Shown piece after piece: positions 54,245-62,250 of a stretch of DNA of 64,000 nucleotides. The stretch's first letter is position 1; each line of letters begins with the position of its first letter. A program made the position numbers and the translations under genes. The notes beneath the pieces are model-generated. The model was not told the DNA's origin, searched no databases, and worked only from the letters and a program-made list of their open reading frames with translations. The stretch is from Gemmatimonadota bacterium (GTDB taxonomy: Bacteria; Gemmatimonadota; Gemmatimonadetes; Palauibacterales; Palauibacteraceae): the NCBI GenBank assembly GCA_039584255.1, contig JBDGYE010000002.1:1917-65916 (forward strand). The letters run 5' to 3'.

Positions 54245-55131
54245 GGCTGCTGCGCGAGCCCCTGTTCCATTTTGTCGTCCTCGGAGTGGCGCTGTTTCTC
54301 GTCTACGCCCTCGCGAGCGACGTTTTTTCCTCCGACGCGTCCCGCCGGATCGAGATCACGGGGGCCGAGATCGAGCTCCTTGCAGCGACCTGGGAGCGGC
54401 AGTGGCAACGACCACCGACCGAAGACGAGCTGCGGGCCCTGATCGACGCACGGGTGCGGGAAGAGGTCTTGTACCGGGAGGCGCTGGCGGTAGGGCTCGA
54501 TCAGAACGACGTCGTGGTCCGCCGCCGCATGGTGCAGAAGATGGAGCTCCTCTCGGAGGACCTGGCGTTGCTTGTGGATCCGACGGATCGGGAGCTGCAG
54601 GCGTTCTTCCGGGAGCGGCAGCAGGAATACCGCGTTCCGCCACGGCTCAGCTTCAGCCACGTGTACTTCAACACCGACCGGCGCGGGCCGGCGGCGGAGG
54701 ACGATGCCCACCGGGTGCTGGAGGAGCTGCGGGCCGAGGCGCCGCCACCCGCGCGCGCGTCCGAGCGAGGCGACCGCTTCATGCTCCAGTACGACTACGC
54801 TCTGCGGACGCCCCAGGAGGTTCAGCAGGCCTTCGGAAGCCGGTTCGCGGAAGCCCTGTTCGGACTGGAGTCCGGGTGGCAGGGTCCGGTCGTCTCCGGA
54901 TACGGCATCCACCTGGTGAACATTGGCGAGCGGGTCGAGAGTCGCATCCCGGAGTACGTGGAGATCCGGGACCGGCTGGTGACGGACTACAACCGCATGC
55001 GTCGTGACCGCGCCAACGAGGCGCTGTACGAAGGCCTGCGGGAGGGGTACGAGGTCGAGATCGATAAGGGGGCGCTGGAGCGGAGGCTCTCGGGCCTCGA
55101 GCGGGCGCGGGCCGCCGGGCAGGGGCAGTGA
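54241..55131 (+). CDS. Membrane-anchored parvulin-type peptidyl-prolyl isomerase
   Basis: N-terminal TM HFVVLGVALFLVYAL. C-terminal GWQGPVVSGYGIHLVNI rotamase motif. ATGA overlap upstream. Confidence 0.8.
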   Translation: MRLLREPLFHFVVLGVALFLVYALASDVFSSDASRRIEITGAEIELLAATWERQWQRPPTEDELRALIDARVREEVLYREALAVGLDQNDVVVRRRMVQKMELLSEDLALLVDPTDRELQAFFRERQQEYRVPPRLSFSHVYFNTDRRGPAAEDDAHRVLEELRAEAPPPARASERGDRFMLQYDYALRTPQEVQQAFGSRFAEALFGLESGWQGPVVSGYGIHLVNIGERVESRIPEYVEIRDRLVTDYNRMRRDRANEALYEGLREGYEVEIDKGALERRLSGLERARAAGQGQ

Positions 55132-56054
55132 GTGCCTCGAACGGGCCGTACCGACTGCCGATGCTCGCGGCGTTCCTTCTCCTGGCTCCGCTGTCCTCGA
55201 TTCGGGCGCAGGACCTCGAGCCGCGCGCCTTCTCGCCCGTCCCGGTGAGCGTGAACTTCGCCGCCGTCGGGTACGCCTACTCCTTCGGCAACGTGCTGCT
55301 CGATCCCTCGCTCCCCGTCGAGGACGCGACGGCCAACGTACATACCGGCATTGCGGGCTACGTGCGCACGTTCAGCTTCTTCGGCAAGTCGGCGAAGGCC
55401 GAGGCGATCACGCGGTTCGCGCACGGCGACTGGAGGGGGAAGCTGGCCGGGCAGGACACGAGCCGGTCCATCACCGCATTCGGCGACCCCTCCGTCCGCC
55501 TGGCGGTCAACTTCGTGGGCGCGCCGGCGCTCGAGATGCCGCGCTTCATGACCCACCGGCAGGGCACCGTGGTGGGGGCGAGCCTGCGCCTCATCGTTCC
55601 TCTCGGCCAGTACGACAACGACAGAATCATCAACCTCGGTACAAACCGGTGGACGTTCATCCCGCGCGTCGGCGTCTCGCGAAGGCTCGGCAGCCACTGG
55701 AACCTCGAGGCCATCGGCTCGGCCTGGATCTTCACGGATAACCCGGACGCCCGTGGCCAGACGCTGCAGCAGGATCCCCTATGGACGATCCAGGGCAGCG
55801 TCGCCTACCTGTTCAAGGGCGGCGCCTGGCTGTCCGTGGACGCCGGATGGGGGTCGGGAGGCCGGGCCTCGGTGGGAGGCGAACAGAGCTCGGCACGGCA
55901 GGAGAACACCCGGTTTGGGGCGACGCTCGCCTACCCGCTCACGCGGCGCGCCTCGCTCAAGCTGGCGTGGGTGAGCGGCATCTCTACCCGCCTCGGGGCC
56001 GATTTCGACAATATCGTCCTGCTGTACCAGTACCGTTGGGGCGGCGGGATCTGA
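55128..56054 (+). CDS. Outer-membrane channel, MetA-pathway/phenol-degradation-like transporter family (second copy in window)
   Basis: Signal peptide LLLAPLSSIRAQDLEPRAFSP. Beta-strand periodicity. GTGA overlap upstream. Confidence 0.75.
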   Translation: MSASNGPYRLPMLAAFLLLAPLSSIRAQDLEPRAFSPVPVSVNFAAVGYAYSFGNVLLDPSLPVEDATANVHTGIAGYVRTFSFFGKSAKAEAITRFAHGDWRGKLAGQDTSRSITAFGDPSVRLAVNFVGAPALEMPRFMTHRQGTVVGASLRLIVPLGQYDNDRIINLGTNRWTFIPRVGVSRRLGSHWNLEAIGSAWIFTDNPDARGQTLQQDPLWTIQGSVAYLFKGGAWLSVDAGWGSGGRASVGGEQSSARQENTRFGATLAYPLTRRASLKLAWVSGISTRLGADFDNIVLLYQYRWGGGI

Positions 56055-56414
56055 TCACGGCTCGAAGCCCATCCCGAGCCGGCGGGCGACCCGGTGCAGC
56101 GGCCGATCCAGTGTCCACACACGTACGCCGGCGAGCCGCGCCGAGGCCATCAGGTGCGCATCCAGCCACCCGATGCCCGATCCGGCGAGCCCGTTGCGTT
56201 CGACGAATCCCAGCACCTCGCGGTGCTCCGCCTCCGGAGGACGCGGGAGTGCCTCCAGGAGCGACCGGATCCGCCGGCGATTCGACGTCCGTCCGCATGC
56301 CAGCTCTCCGATCACGAACGGGTGACACCACACCGCGTCGTCCTCCAGCAGCGCAACGAGGGTGGCATTCCCATACCGGAAATGATCGATCCACACGGAC
56401 GTGTCGACGAGCAT
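56055..56414 (-). CDS. vapC: PIN-domain toxin VapC
   Basis: MLVDTSVWIDHF... with conserved acidic residues. 119 aa. The start overlaps the vapB stop by 1 nt. Confidence 0.88.
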   Translation of the reverse strand: MLVDTSVWIDHFRYGNATLVALLEDDAVWCHPFVIGELACGRTSNRRRIRSLLEALPRPPEAEHREVLGFVERNGLAGSGIGWLDAHLMASARLAGVRVWTLDRPLHRVARRLGMGFEP

Positions 56415-56608
56415 CAGGACGAGGGACGCCGACGCGGGATGCCCTTGAGCCCCGGCTCGGTTCCGCCGAGTGCCGCCAGTCGCCTGGCGCTCTCTCGCTC
56501 GATCAGGGCCTTCAGACCGGCGTGAACCACTGCGGTCTTACCCTTGAGCCCGCTGAGTCGCTGTGCTTCCTCTACCAGGCGGTCGTCCAGATTCAATGTC
56601 GTCCTCAT
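56414..56608 (-). CDS. vapB: Type II antitoxin VapB (DUF2191-like)
   Basis: MRTTLNLDDRLVEEAQRLSGLKGKTAVVHAGLKALIERES, 64 aa. Start reset to ATG 56608. Confidence 0.85.
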   Translation of the reverse strand: MRTTLNLDDRLVEEAQRLSGLKGKTAVVHAGLKALIERESARRLAALGGTEPGLKGIPRRRPSS

Positions 56609-56645
56609 ACATACTAATATGCATAAATGATGCGTATCAGCAAGG
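56609..56645 (-). promoter_or_regulatory. AT-rich vapBC promoter/operator, probably giving a leaderless or near-leaderless mRNA
   Basis: Minus strand: TTGCTG, 18 nt, TATTAG, then TATGT-ATG. TATGCATA palindrome at 56618-56625. No SD. Confidence 0.4.
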
Positions 56646-56805
56646 CGTGCGACCCGGGGGACGAGCCACTGCACGACGCGCAACGTCGAGGTGCGGCTGA
56701 TCAGATGATCAAGCGGGACACCCCGTTTCACGCTGGGCGGCTCAACTCATTACATTGGGATCTCGCGCGGGCCGGTGGGTCCGGAGGAGACCGACGGAGG
56801 AGAGA

Positions 56806-57744
56806 ATGGCGCGATTCACGGATGAGCAGCTTCAGCAGAAGGTGAATGAAGGATTCATCGTCGAGTCGGAAGCCGACATGACGGAGACCTATAAGAAGGC
56901 GCTGATCGGTCAGCTCACCGTGCAAGGCGACACGGAGCTCATAAGCGCTCCGGCATACTACATGGCAGCAAAGGATGCGCCCTCGACGAACACGATGGTC
57001 TCGGCCACCGCGATCATCCAGGACGAGATGGGACATGCCAACATCGCCTACCGGCTTCTCCAGGACCTCGGCGTGGACACCGACGCGCTCCTGTACGAGC
57101 GCCCGCCCGAGAGGTTCAAGAACCCGTTCGGATTCGACCAGCCGATCGCCAACTGGGCGGAGCTGGTGACCGCGAACGCGCTGTACGATAGGGCCGGGAT
57201 CACCCTGCTCAGCGACGTCCATCGCAACACGTCGTACGGTCCACTCAAGCGGGCCCTGGTGAAGGTGGGGATGGAGGAGAACTTCCACCTCCGCCACGGC
57301 GAGGTGTGGATGAAACGTCTGTGCGAGGCTGGAGGCGAGGGCCGCGACCTCGTGCAGAGGGCCGTCGACTGGATGTTTCCCATGGGGGTCGAGTGGTTCG
57401 GGCTGCCCGACGACCGGAAGCGCCACAACGCACAGCTCGACTTCAAGCTCAAGGGGATGACGAACGACGAGCTGCGCATGACGTGGATGAAGGCCGTCGT
57501 GCCGCTCTGCGAGCAGCTGGGTATCAGCGTCCCCGCCCACTCCAACGAAGAGACGGGCGAGGTCGAGCTGGAGTACGAGCTTCCGATCGCCTGGGACGCG
57601 GGCGAGCGCCGCTGGCTCCTCGACGAGCCGATCACCTGGGACGAGGTGTGGGAGCGCTGGCGGGCCCGCGGCCCCATGAACGAGGAGTTCGTGGAATCGA
57701 TTCGCCGCAGCCGCGGTCAAGTGGAGGGTCTGCTGGCGGCGTGA
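56806..57744 (+). CDS. paaA: 1,2-phenylacetyl-CoA epoxidase subunit A-like diiron oxygenase
   Basis: ATG 56806 after GGAGGAGAG. Diiron ligand motifs IIQDEMGHANIAYRLL and MEENFHLRHGEVW. Confidence 0.88.
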   Translation: MARFTDEQLQQKVNEGFIVESEADMTETYKKALIGQLTVQGDTELISAPAYYMAAKDAPSTNTMVSATAIIQDEMGHANIAYRLLQDLGVDTDALLYERPPERFKNPFGFDQPIANWAELVTANALYDRAGITLLSDVHRNTSYGPLKRALVKVGMEENFHLRHGEVWMKRLCEAGGEGRDLVQRAVDWMFPMGVEWFGLPDDRKRHNAQLDFKLKGMTNDELRMTWMKAVVPLCEQLGISVPAHSNEETGEVELEYELPIAWDAGERRWLLDEPITWDEVWERWRARGPMNEEFVESIRRSRGQVEGLLAA

Positions 57745-58262
57745 GATCGAAGACCGTCCACATCCGGCGCTCGGGGAAGGGCCTGCCATTCCCCGGACCC
57801 CCGTCCGACCCGACGGCCGACGTGGGCTACGTGTCCGCCGTCGAGCGCGGCGTGGACTTCTCGGCCGTCTTCTCCGAGACGATCGGCAAGCACCCGGATC
57901 TGGTGCTCGAGCTCCCGGAGTGGGAGGCCCCGCCCCAGGACCTGGAGGAGCGTGTATGGCGTGGGCTGTACGAGGTGGCGGATCCTGAGTTTCCGATCTC
58001 GCTGGTCGATTTGGGCCTAATCTACGGGGTCGAGGTCGACGAGAGAGCGGAGGGATGCGCGGAAGTGACCGTGACCATCACGCTCACCGCGACGGCCTGC
58101 CCCTGCCAGGAGTTCATCAAGTGGGACGTCCGCGACCGCGTGATACAGGAGCCCGGGGTGGCCAACGTGACCGTCCACCTCACCTGGGATCCTCCGTGGA
58201 CGGTCGAGAGGATATCGGAGCGCGGCCGGGAGGCCTTACGCCGCGCGGGCGTGACGATTTGA
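57741..58262 (+). CDS. paaD: DUF59/MIP18-type protein: N-terminal (DUF59) part of a split PaaD
   Basis: GTGA overlap with paaA. LYEVADPEFPISLVDLGLIYGVEV...TLTATACPC. The N-terminal 70 aa are of uncertain coding status. Confidence 0.75.
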   Translation: MRSKTVHIRRSGKGLPFPGPPSDPTADVGYVSAVERGVDFSAVFSETIGKHPDLVLELPEWEAPPQDLEERVWRGLYEVADPEFPISLVDLGLIYGVEVDERAEGCAEVTVTITLTATACPCQEFIKWDVRDRVIQEPGVANVTVHLTWDPPWTVERISERGREALRRAGVTI

Positions 58263-58335
58263 TGGGCGGATCCGGCCCCCGCCGGCCGCGCGTAGCGAGC
58301 CGTTGTGGACGCCGCCGCCGTCCGAGGAGAGCCTG

Positions 58336-58572
58336 ATGGGTCATCTGAGTGGGGAGACTCTGTACGAAGTCTTCGCCCGGCAGAAGCGGGAAGACCGGCT
58401 GGAGCACATCGGCACCATCTCGGCGCCGAATCCGGCTCTGGCGCGCGCCTACGCCTGGCAGACGTACGACGAGCAGAAATGGTTCGAGATGGTGGTCGCG
58501 CCCCGTGGCGCCTTCGAGCCGGTCAACCGGGACGAGGCACCCTTCACCCTGAGTCCACCGGTGAACGCTTGA
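58336..58572 (+). CDS. paaB: 1,2-phenylacetyl-CoA epoxidase subunit B-like
   Basis: ATG 58336 after GAGGAGAG. LYEVFARQKREDRLEHIGTISAPNPALARAYAWQTYDEQKW matches the PaaB pattern. Confidence 0.85.
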   Translation: MGHLSGETLYEVFARQKREDRLEHIGTISAPNPALARAYAWQTYDEQKWFEMVVAPRGAFEPVNRDEAPFTLSPPVNA

Positions 58573-59408
58573 TGGCCAGGGAACAGGGATTCCGCTCGGC
58601 AGCCGATCTTCCCGACGACCTGCGCTCGCACCTGGGCGCGCTCCTGCTCTCACTGGCGGACAGCAAGCGATTGCTCGGAATGCGCTACGCCGAGTGGCTT
58701 CTGGGCGCTCCCACCCTCGAGGCCGGCATCGCCTGCTCCGCCATGGCTCAGGATGAGTGGGGACACGGCCGGATCCTCTACGCCATGTTGAAGGACTTCG
58801 GGTACGACCCCGGGCAGCTGGAGCACGAGCGCGAGACGGAGGAGTACCTGAACAGCGAGGTTCTGGACGAGCCGCCCGAGGACTGGGCCGGGCTGCTGGC
58901 CCTGAACCTGCTTCTGGACACGGCTCTATCGGTCCAGTTCTCCGCGCTTCAGAACAGTCGCTACGAGCCGCTTCATTACAAGGTCAAGAAGCTGCTGGAC
59001 GAAGAGCGCTTCCACTTCGAGCACGGCCGCGGGTGGGCCGCGCGGCTGGCCGCCACAGGCGCGGGACGCGATGCGTTGCGGGCCGCCCTCGAGCCCGCGT
59101 GGAAGGCCTGCCTGCGCTGGTTTGGCTCGCCGGATGGACCCGTCGGTCTCGCGCTTCGGGAGGCGGAGGTCATTGACGCCTCTCCGGACGAGCTCCGGTT
59201 CCGGTGGCTGGCGCGGGTAGGCCCCATCGTCTCCGACGCCGGGCTCGACCTCGCCGAATCCGACGGTGAGGGCGGGTGGCGGAGCACGGTCGAGGTCGGC
59301 TGGGAGGGCTGGGATTCCGACCGGCGACGAAGCGGTGCCGGAGGCCCGAACGAAACGACGTTGGCCGGCGTGCGCGGCGACAAGAATCGCTCGATGCTAA
59401 TGGATTGA
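58572..59408 (+). CDS. paaC: 1,2-phenylacetyl-CoA epoxidase subunit C-like
   Basis: TGATG overlap with paaB. AMAQDEWGHGRILY and LDEERFHFEHGRGW. Confidence 0.85.
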   Translation: MAREQGFRSAADLPDDLRSHLGALLLSLADSKRLLGMRYAEWLLGAPTLEAGIACSAMAQDEWGHGRILYAMLKDFGYDPGQLEHERETEEYLNSEVLDEPPEDWAGLLALNLLLDTALSVQFSALQNSRYEPLHYKVKKLLDEERFHFEHGRGWAARLAATGAGRDALRAALEPAWKACLRWFGSPDGPVGLALREAEVIDASPDELRFRWLARVGPIVSDAGLDLAESDGEGGWRSTVEVGWEGWDSDRRRSGAGGPNETTLAGVRGDKNRSMLMD

Positions 59409-59428
59409 GCGGAAAGGCACGACGGCAC

Positions 59429-59641
59429 ATGATCCGGCGCCCACGGGGCCGACCCACCGACTTGACCGCACCGCTTCACAGTGTAGAGCTGCCCGATGCG
59501 GTCGAGTGCCCGTTCTGCCGGAAGATCGAGACCGAGCAGTTTTCGGCCTTCGGATCGGCCCTTTCGGTCAGCCAGTACTACTGCCGCACGTGTCGGACCG
59601 TCTTCGAGTTCATGAAGCGACAGCCGGGCAAAGACGTCTGA
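59429..59641 (+). CDS. Stand-alone Cys4 zinc-ribbon protein equivalent to the PaaD C-terminus
   Basis: 70 aa. CPFCRKIETEQFSAFGSALSVSQYYCRTCRTVFEFMK parallels the CPxC...FGST...CxxC...F.FK tail of PaaD. Confidence 0.65.
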   Translation: MIRRPRGRPTDLTAPLHSVELPDAVECPFCRKIETEQFSAFGSALSVSQYYCRTCRTVFEFMKRQPGKDV

Positions 59642-59678
59642 GCTGGACGAAGCTGCCAGACCCCAGGGAGGTGTCCCG

Positions 59679-60332
59679 ATGAGATACATGAGAGTCGCTC
59701 TGGCGGCCATGGCGCTCGCCGCGCTGACGGCCGCTCCAGCCGAGGGCCAGACCGATTACCGTGGCGGCCGGCTCGGCCTGATGGGCGGTGCCACGTACTC
59801 GCAGCTCGGCGGCAGCGTCGTCAGCGGGACGGATTATCGCTGGGGCTTCATCGCGGGAGCCTACGGCGTCTACCAGTGGCACCCCAACCTGTCGATCCAG
59901 CTCGAGCTGAACTACGCGCAGAAGGGTGGGGCCGGGGACGTGGATGACAACGGCGGCACCACCCGCGCGGACGTGGACATCGACTACGTCGAGATCCCGC
60001 TCATACTGAACGCCATCACCCACCTGAATCCGAACCTCGACTGGAACTTCTACGCGGGGATAAGCCTGGGGTTCGAGGTCCGCTGCCAGGTAGCGACAGG
60101 CTCGAGCGCGAAGCAGTCGTGCGACGACACGACGCTCTTTTCCACCGTGAAGTCGTCGGAGTGGGCATTCCCGTTCGGCACCTCGCTGGTGTTCGACGTA
60201 GGCGGCTCCCACCTGACGCTCGATGGCCGCTACTCGCTGGGTCTGAGTCAGGTCGCCGCCTTCGACCTGAAGAACCGGTCCTGGCAGTTCATGCTCAGGT
60301 GGGCCTTCCCGCTGAGCCGGGGCAGCCGTTAG
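59679..60332 (+). CDS. Small outer-membrane beta-barrel protein (OMP_b-brl_2/PorT-like)
   Basis: Signal peptide LAALTAAPAEGQ. GLMGGATYSQLGG, ELNYAQKG, and ends with WQFMLRWAFPL-like strands. Confidence 0.75.
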   Translation: MRYMRVALAAMALAALTAAPAEGQTDYRGGRLGLMGGATYSQLGGSVVSGTDYRWGFIAGAYGVYQWHPNLSIQLELNYAQKGGAGDVDDNGGTTRADVDIDYVEIPLILNAITHLNPNLDWNFYAGISLGFEVRCQVATGSSAKQSCDDTTLFSTVKSSEWAFPFGTSLVFDVGGSHLTLDGRYSLGLSQVAAFDLKNRSWQFMLRWAFPLSRGSR

Positions 60333-60358
60333 GGCGCCTCGCCGGCTAGCGATGTCCG

Positions 60359-61750
60359 ATGCCTGAAGACTCCGACCGGCAGGTGAGGCCGGGCCTGCTC
60401 ATGCGGGTCTGGCGATCCATCTTCCGTACTCCCCTCACCCCTCGGACGGAACGCGAACGAAAACGGGTGGTGCTGAACCACCTGCTCATCCATTTCCGGC
60501 CGGTCCGCCTCCCGGAGCGCACGCTTCGCTACACCCACACCTTCGGGCTGGGCGGGATGTCGTTCGTGTTGGTGTTGCTTCTGATCCTCACCGGCATCCT
60601 GATGATGTTCGTCTACGAGCCGGTGCCGGGGCAGGCCTACGAGTCGGTCGTGAGCCTGCGAGAGCAGGTCCGCTTCGGCGGGCTGGTCCGCAACATCCAC
60701 CACTGGAGCGCCAACCTCCTCGTGCTGGTGGTCTTTCTGCATCTCCTGCGCACCTACTTCACGGGAGCTTTCCACGGAGCAAGGCAGTTCAACTGGGTCA
60801 TCGGGGTGCTGCTGCTGCTCTTCGTTCTCGCCGCGAACTTCACCGGCTATCTGCTTCCGTGGGACCAGCTGTCGTACTGGGCGATCACCATCGTGACCGG
60901 AATGCTCGGGTACTTCCCGGCGATCGGTGGCTGGCTCCAGCGGGTGGCCAGGGGCGGGTCGGAGATAGGCGGGGCCACCCTGATCAACTTCTATACCTTC
61001 CACACCACAGTCATCCCGGTGACCCTTCTCGCACTGATGGCGTTCCACTTTTGGCGAGTACGCAAGGCCGGCGGGGTAGTGGTGCCGTACGGTTACGACG
61101 AGCCGACTGAGGAAAAGCCCCGGAGTACCCTCTTCGTGCCCGATCTCCTGCTCAGAGAATTCGTCGTGGGCCTGGTGCTGGTGGCGGCCGTCTTGATGTT
61201 TTCGGTGTTCGTCGACGCCCGACTCGGAGATCCCGCGAACCCCGGCATGAGCCCGAACCCGGCCAAGGCTCCCTGGTATTTCCTGGGGATCCAGGAGCTG
61301 CTGCTTCACTTCCACCCGCTGTTCGCCGTGGTGATGATTCCGGCGGTGGCCGTGCTGGCGCTGCTGGCTATTCCCTACCTGCGCTACGACTCGGAGGCGG
61401 CCGGAGAGTGGTTCCTGACCCGGAAGGGGCGTGACATGGTCGTGGTCGGCTCGGTGGTGGCGCTCGTGGTCACCCCGGCGCTGGTAATCCTGGACGAGTA
61501 CGTCATCGACTTCGCCACCTGGCTTCCCGGCGTGCCGCCCGGAGTCGCCAACGGCTCGGTTCCCGCGCTCCTGACTCTCGGCGCGCTCATCGGCTTCTAC
61601 TTCGTGCTGAAGCGACGCTACTCCGCCAGCAACAACGAGAGCATCCAGGCTCTGTTCGCTCTTCTCGCGGTGGGCTTCGTGGTCCTGACGGCCACCGGAG
61701 TGTGGCTCAGGGGTCCGGGGATGGCGTTGACCTGGCCGTGGAGCGGCTAG
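60359..61750 (+). CDS. Cytochrome b (fused b6-like N-domain plus subunit IV-like C-domain, with extra C-terminal TMs)
   Basis: Helix B HHWSANLLVLVVFLH (H-x13-H). Helix D HTTVIPVTLLALMAFH (H-x14-H). Qo-loop KAPWYFLGIQELL. Confidence 0.88.
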   Translation: MPEDSDRQVRPGLLMRVWRSIFRTPLTPRTERERKRVVLNHLLIHFRPVRLPERTLRYTHTFGLGGMSFVLVLLLILTGILMMFVYEPVPGQAYESVVSLREQVRFGGLVRNIHHWSANLLVLVVFLHLLRTYFTGAFHGARQFNWVIGVLLLLFVLAANFTGYLLPWDQLSYWAITIVTGMLGYFPAIGGWLQRVARGGSEIGGATLINFYTFHTTVIPVTLLALMAFHFWRVRKAGGVVVPYGYDEPTEEKPRSTLFVPDLLLREFVVGLVLVAAVLMFSVFVDARLGDPANPGMSPNPAKAPWYFLGIQELLLHFHPLFAVVMIPAVAVLALLAIPYLRYDSEAAGEWFLTRKGRDMVVVGSVVALVVTPALVILDEYVIDFATWLPGVPPGVANGSVPALLTLGALIGFYFVLKRRYSASNNESIQALFALLAVGFVVLTATGVWLRGPGMALTWPWSG

Positions 61751-61752
61751 GC

Positions 61753-62250
61753 ATGGAGCCGAGCCGGACGAGCGGTGACGAGACGACGCGCCGGACGTTC
61801 CTGGGCCGTGTGTGGCTGTGGCTGGGTGGGCTGGCGCTGGCCCAGTACGTGTGGCTGATCGTCGAGTTCCTCCGACCGCGAGCGCCTCGCGGCGAGGCGG
61901 AGCCAGGCATCGTCGTGGCCGGGCGGGCCGACGGTTTCGACCCCGGATCCGTAACCGCCTTTCCGCAAGGGAAGTTCTATCTTGCCCGGCTGGACGATGG
62001 TGGATTCCTGGCCATCCACCGGGAGTGCACGCACCTGGGGTGCACCGTGCCGTGGATCGCCGATGAGGGACGCTTCGTCTGTCCCTGCCACGCGTCGGCG
62101 TACGACATCCGCGGCGACGTCCTCAGCCCGCCGGCGCCCCGCGCCCTGGACCTGTTCCAAGTCCGGATCGAGAACGGAGTCGTGAAGGTGGACATCAGCC
62201 GGGCCGTGAAGCGCCGGGCCTTCGAGGCCGGCCAGGTGAAGCGGGCATGA
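61753..62250 (+). CDS. Rieske [2Fe-2S] protein with a Tat-like signal anchor
   Basis: TRRTFLGRVWLWLGG. CTHLGCTV and CPCHASAY cluster boxes. Start is 2 nt after the cyt b stop. Confidence 0.9.
   Translation: MEPSRTSGDETTRRTFLGRVWLWLGGLALAQYVWLIVEFLRPRAPRGEAEPGIVVAGRADGFDPGSVTAFPQGKFYLARLDDGGFLAIHRECTHLGCTVPWIADEGRFVCPCHASAYDIRGDVLSPPAPRALDLFQVRIENGVVKVDISRAVKRRAFEAGQVKRA

Noticed and set aside
57306-59428. Extended N-termini of track ORFs 57306-58262, 58305-59408 and 59276-59641.
   Set aside because: The extensions overlap paaA, paaB and paaC in other frames. Internal starts at 57741, 58572 and 59429 give products matching PaaD-N, PaaC and the PaaD Zn-ribbon, with coupling overlaps or short gaps.
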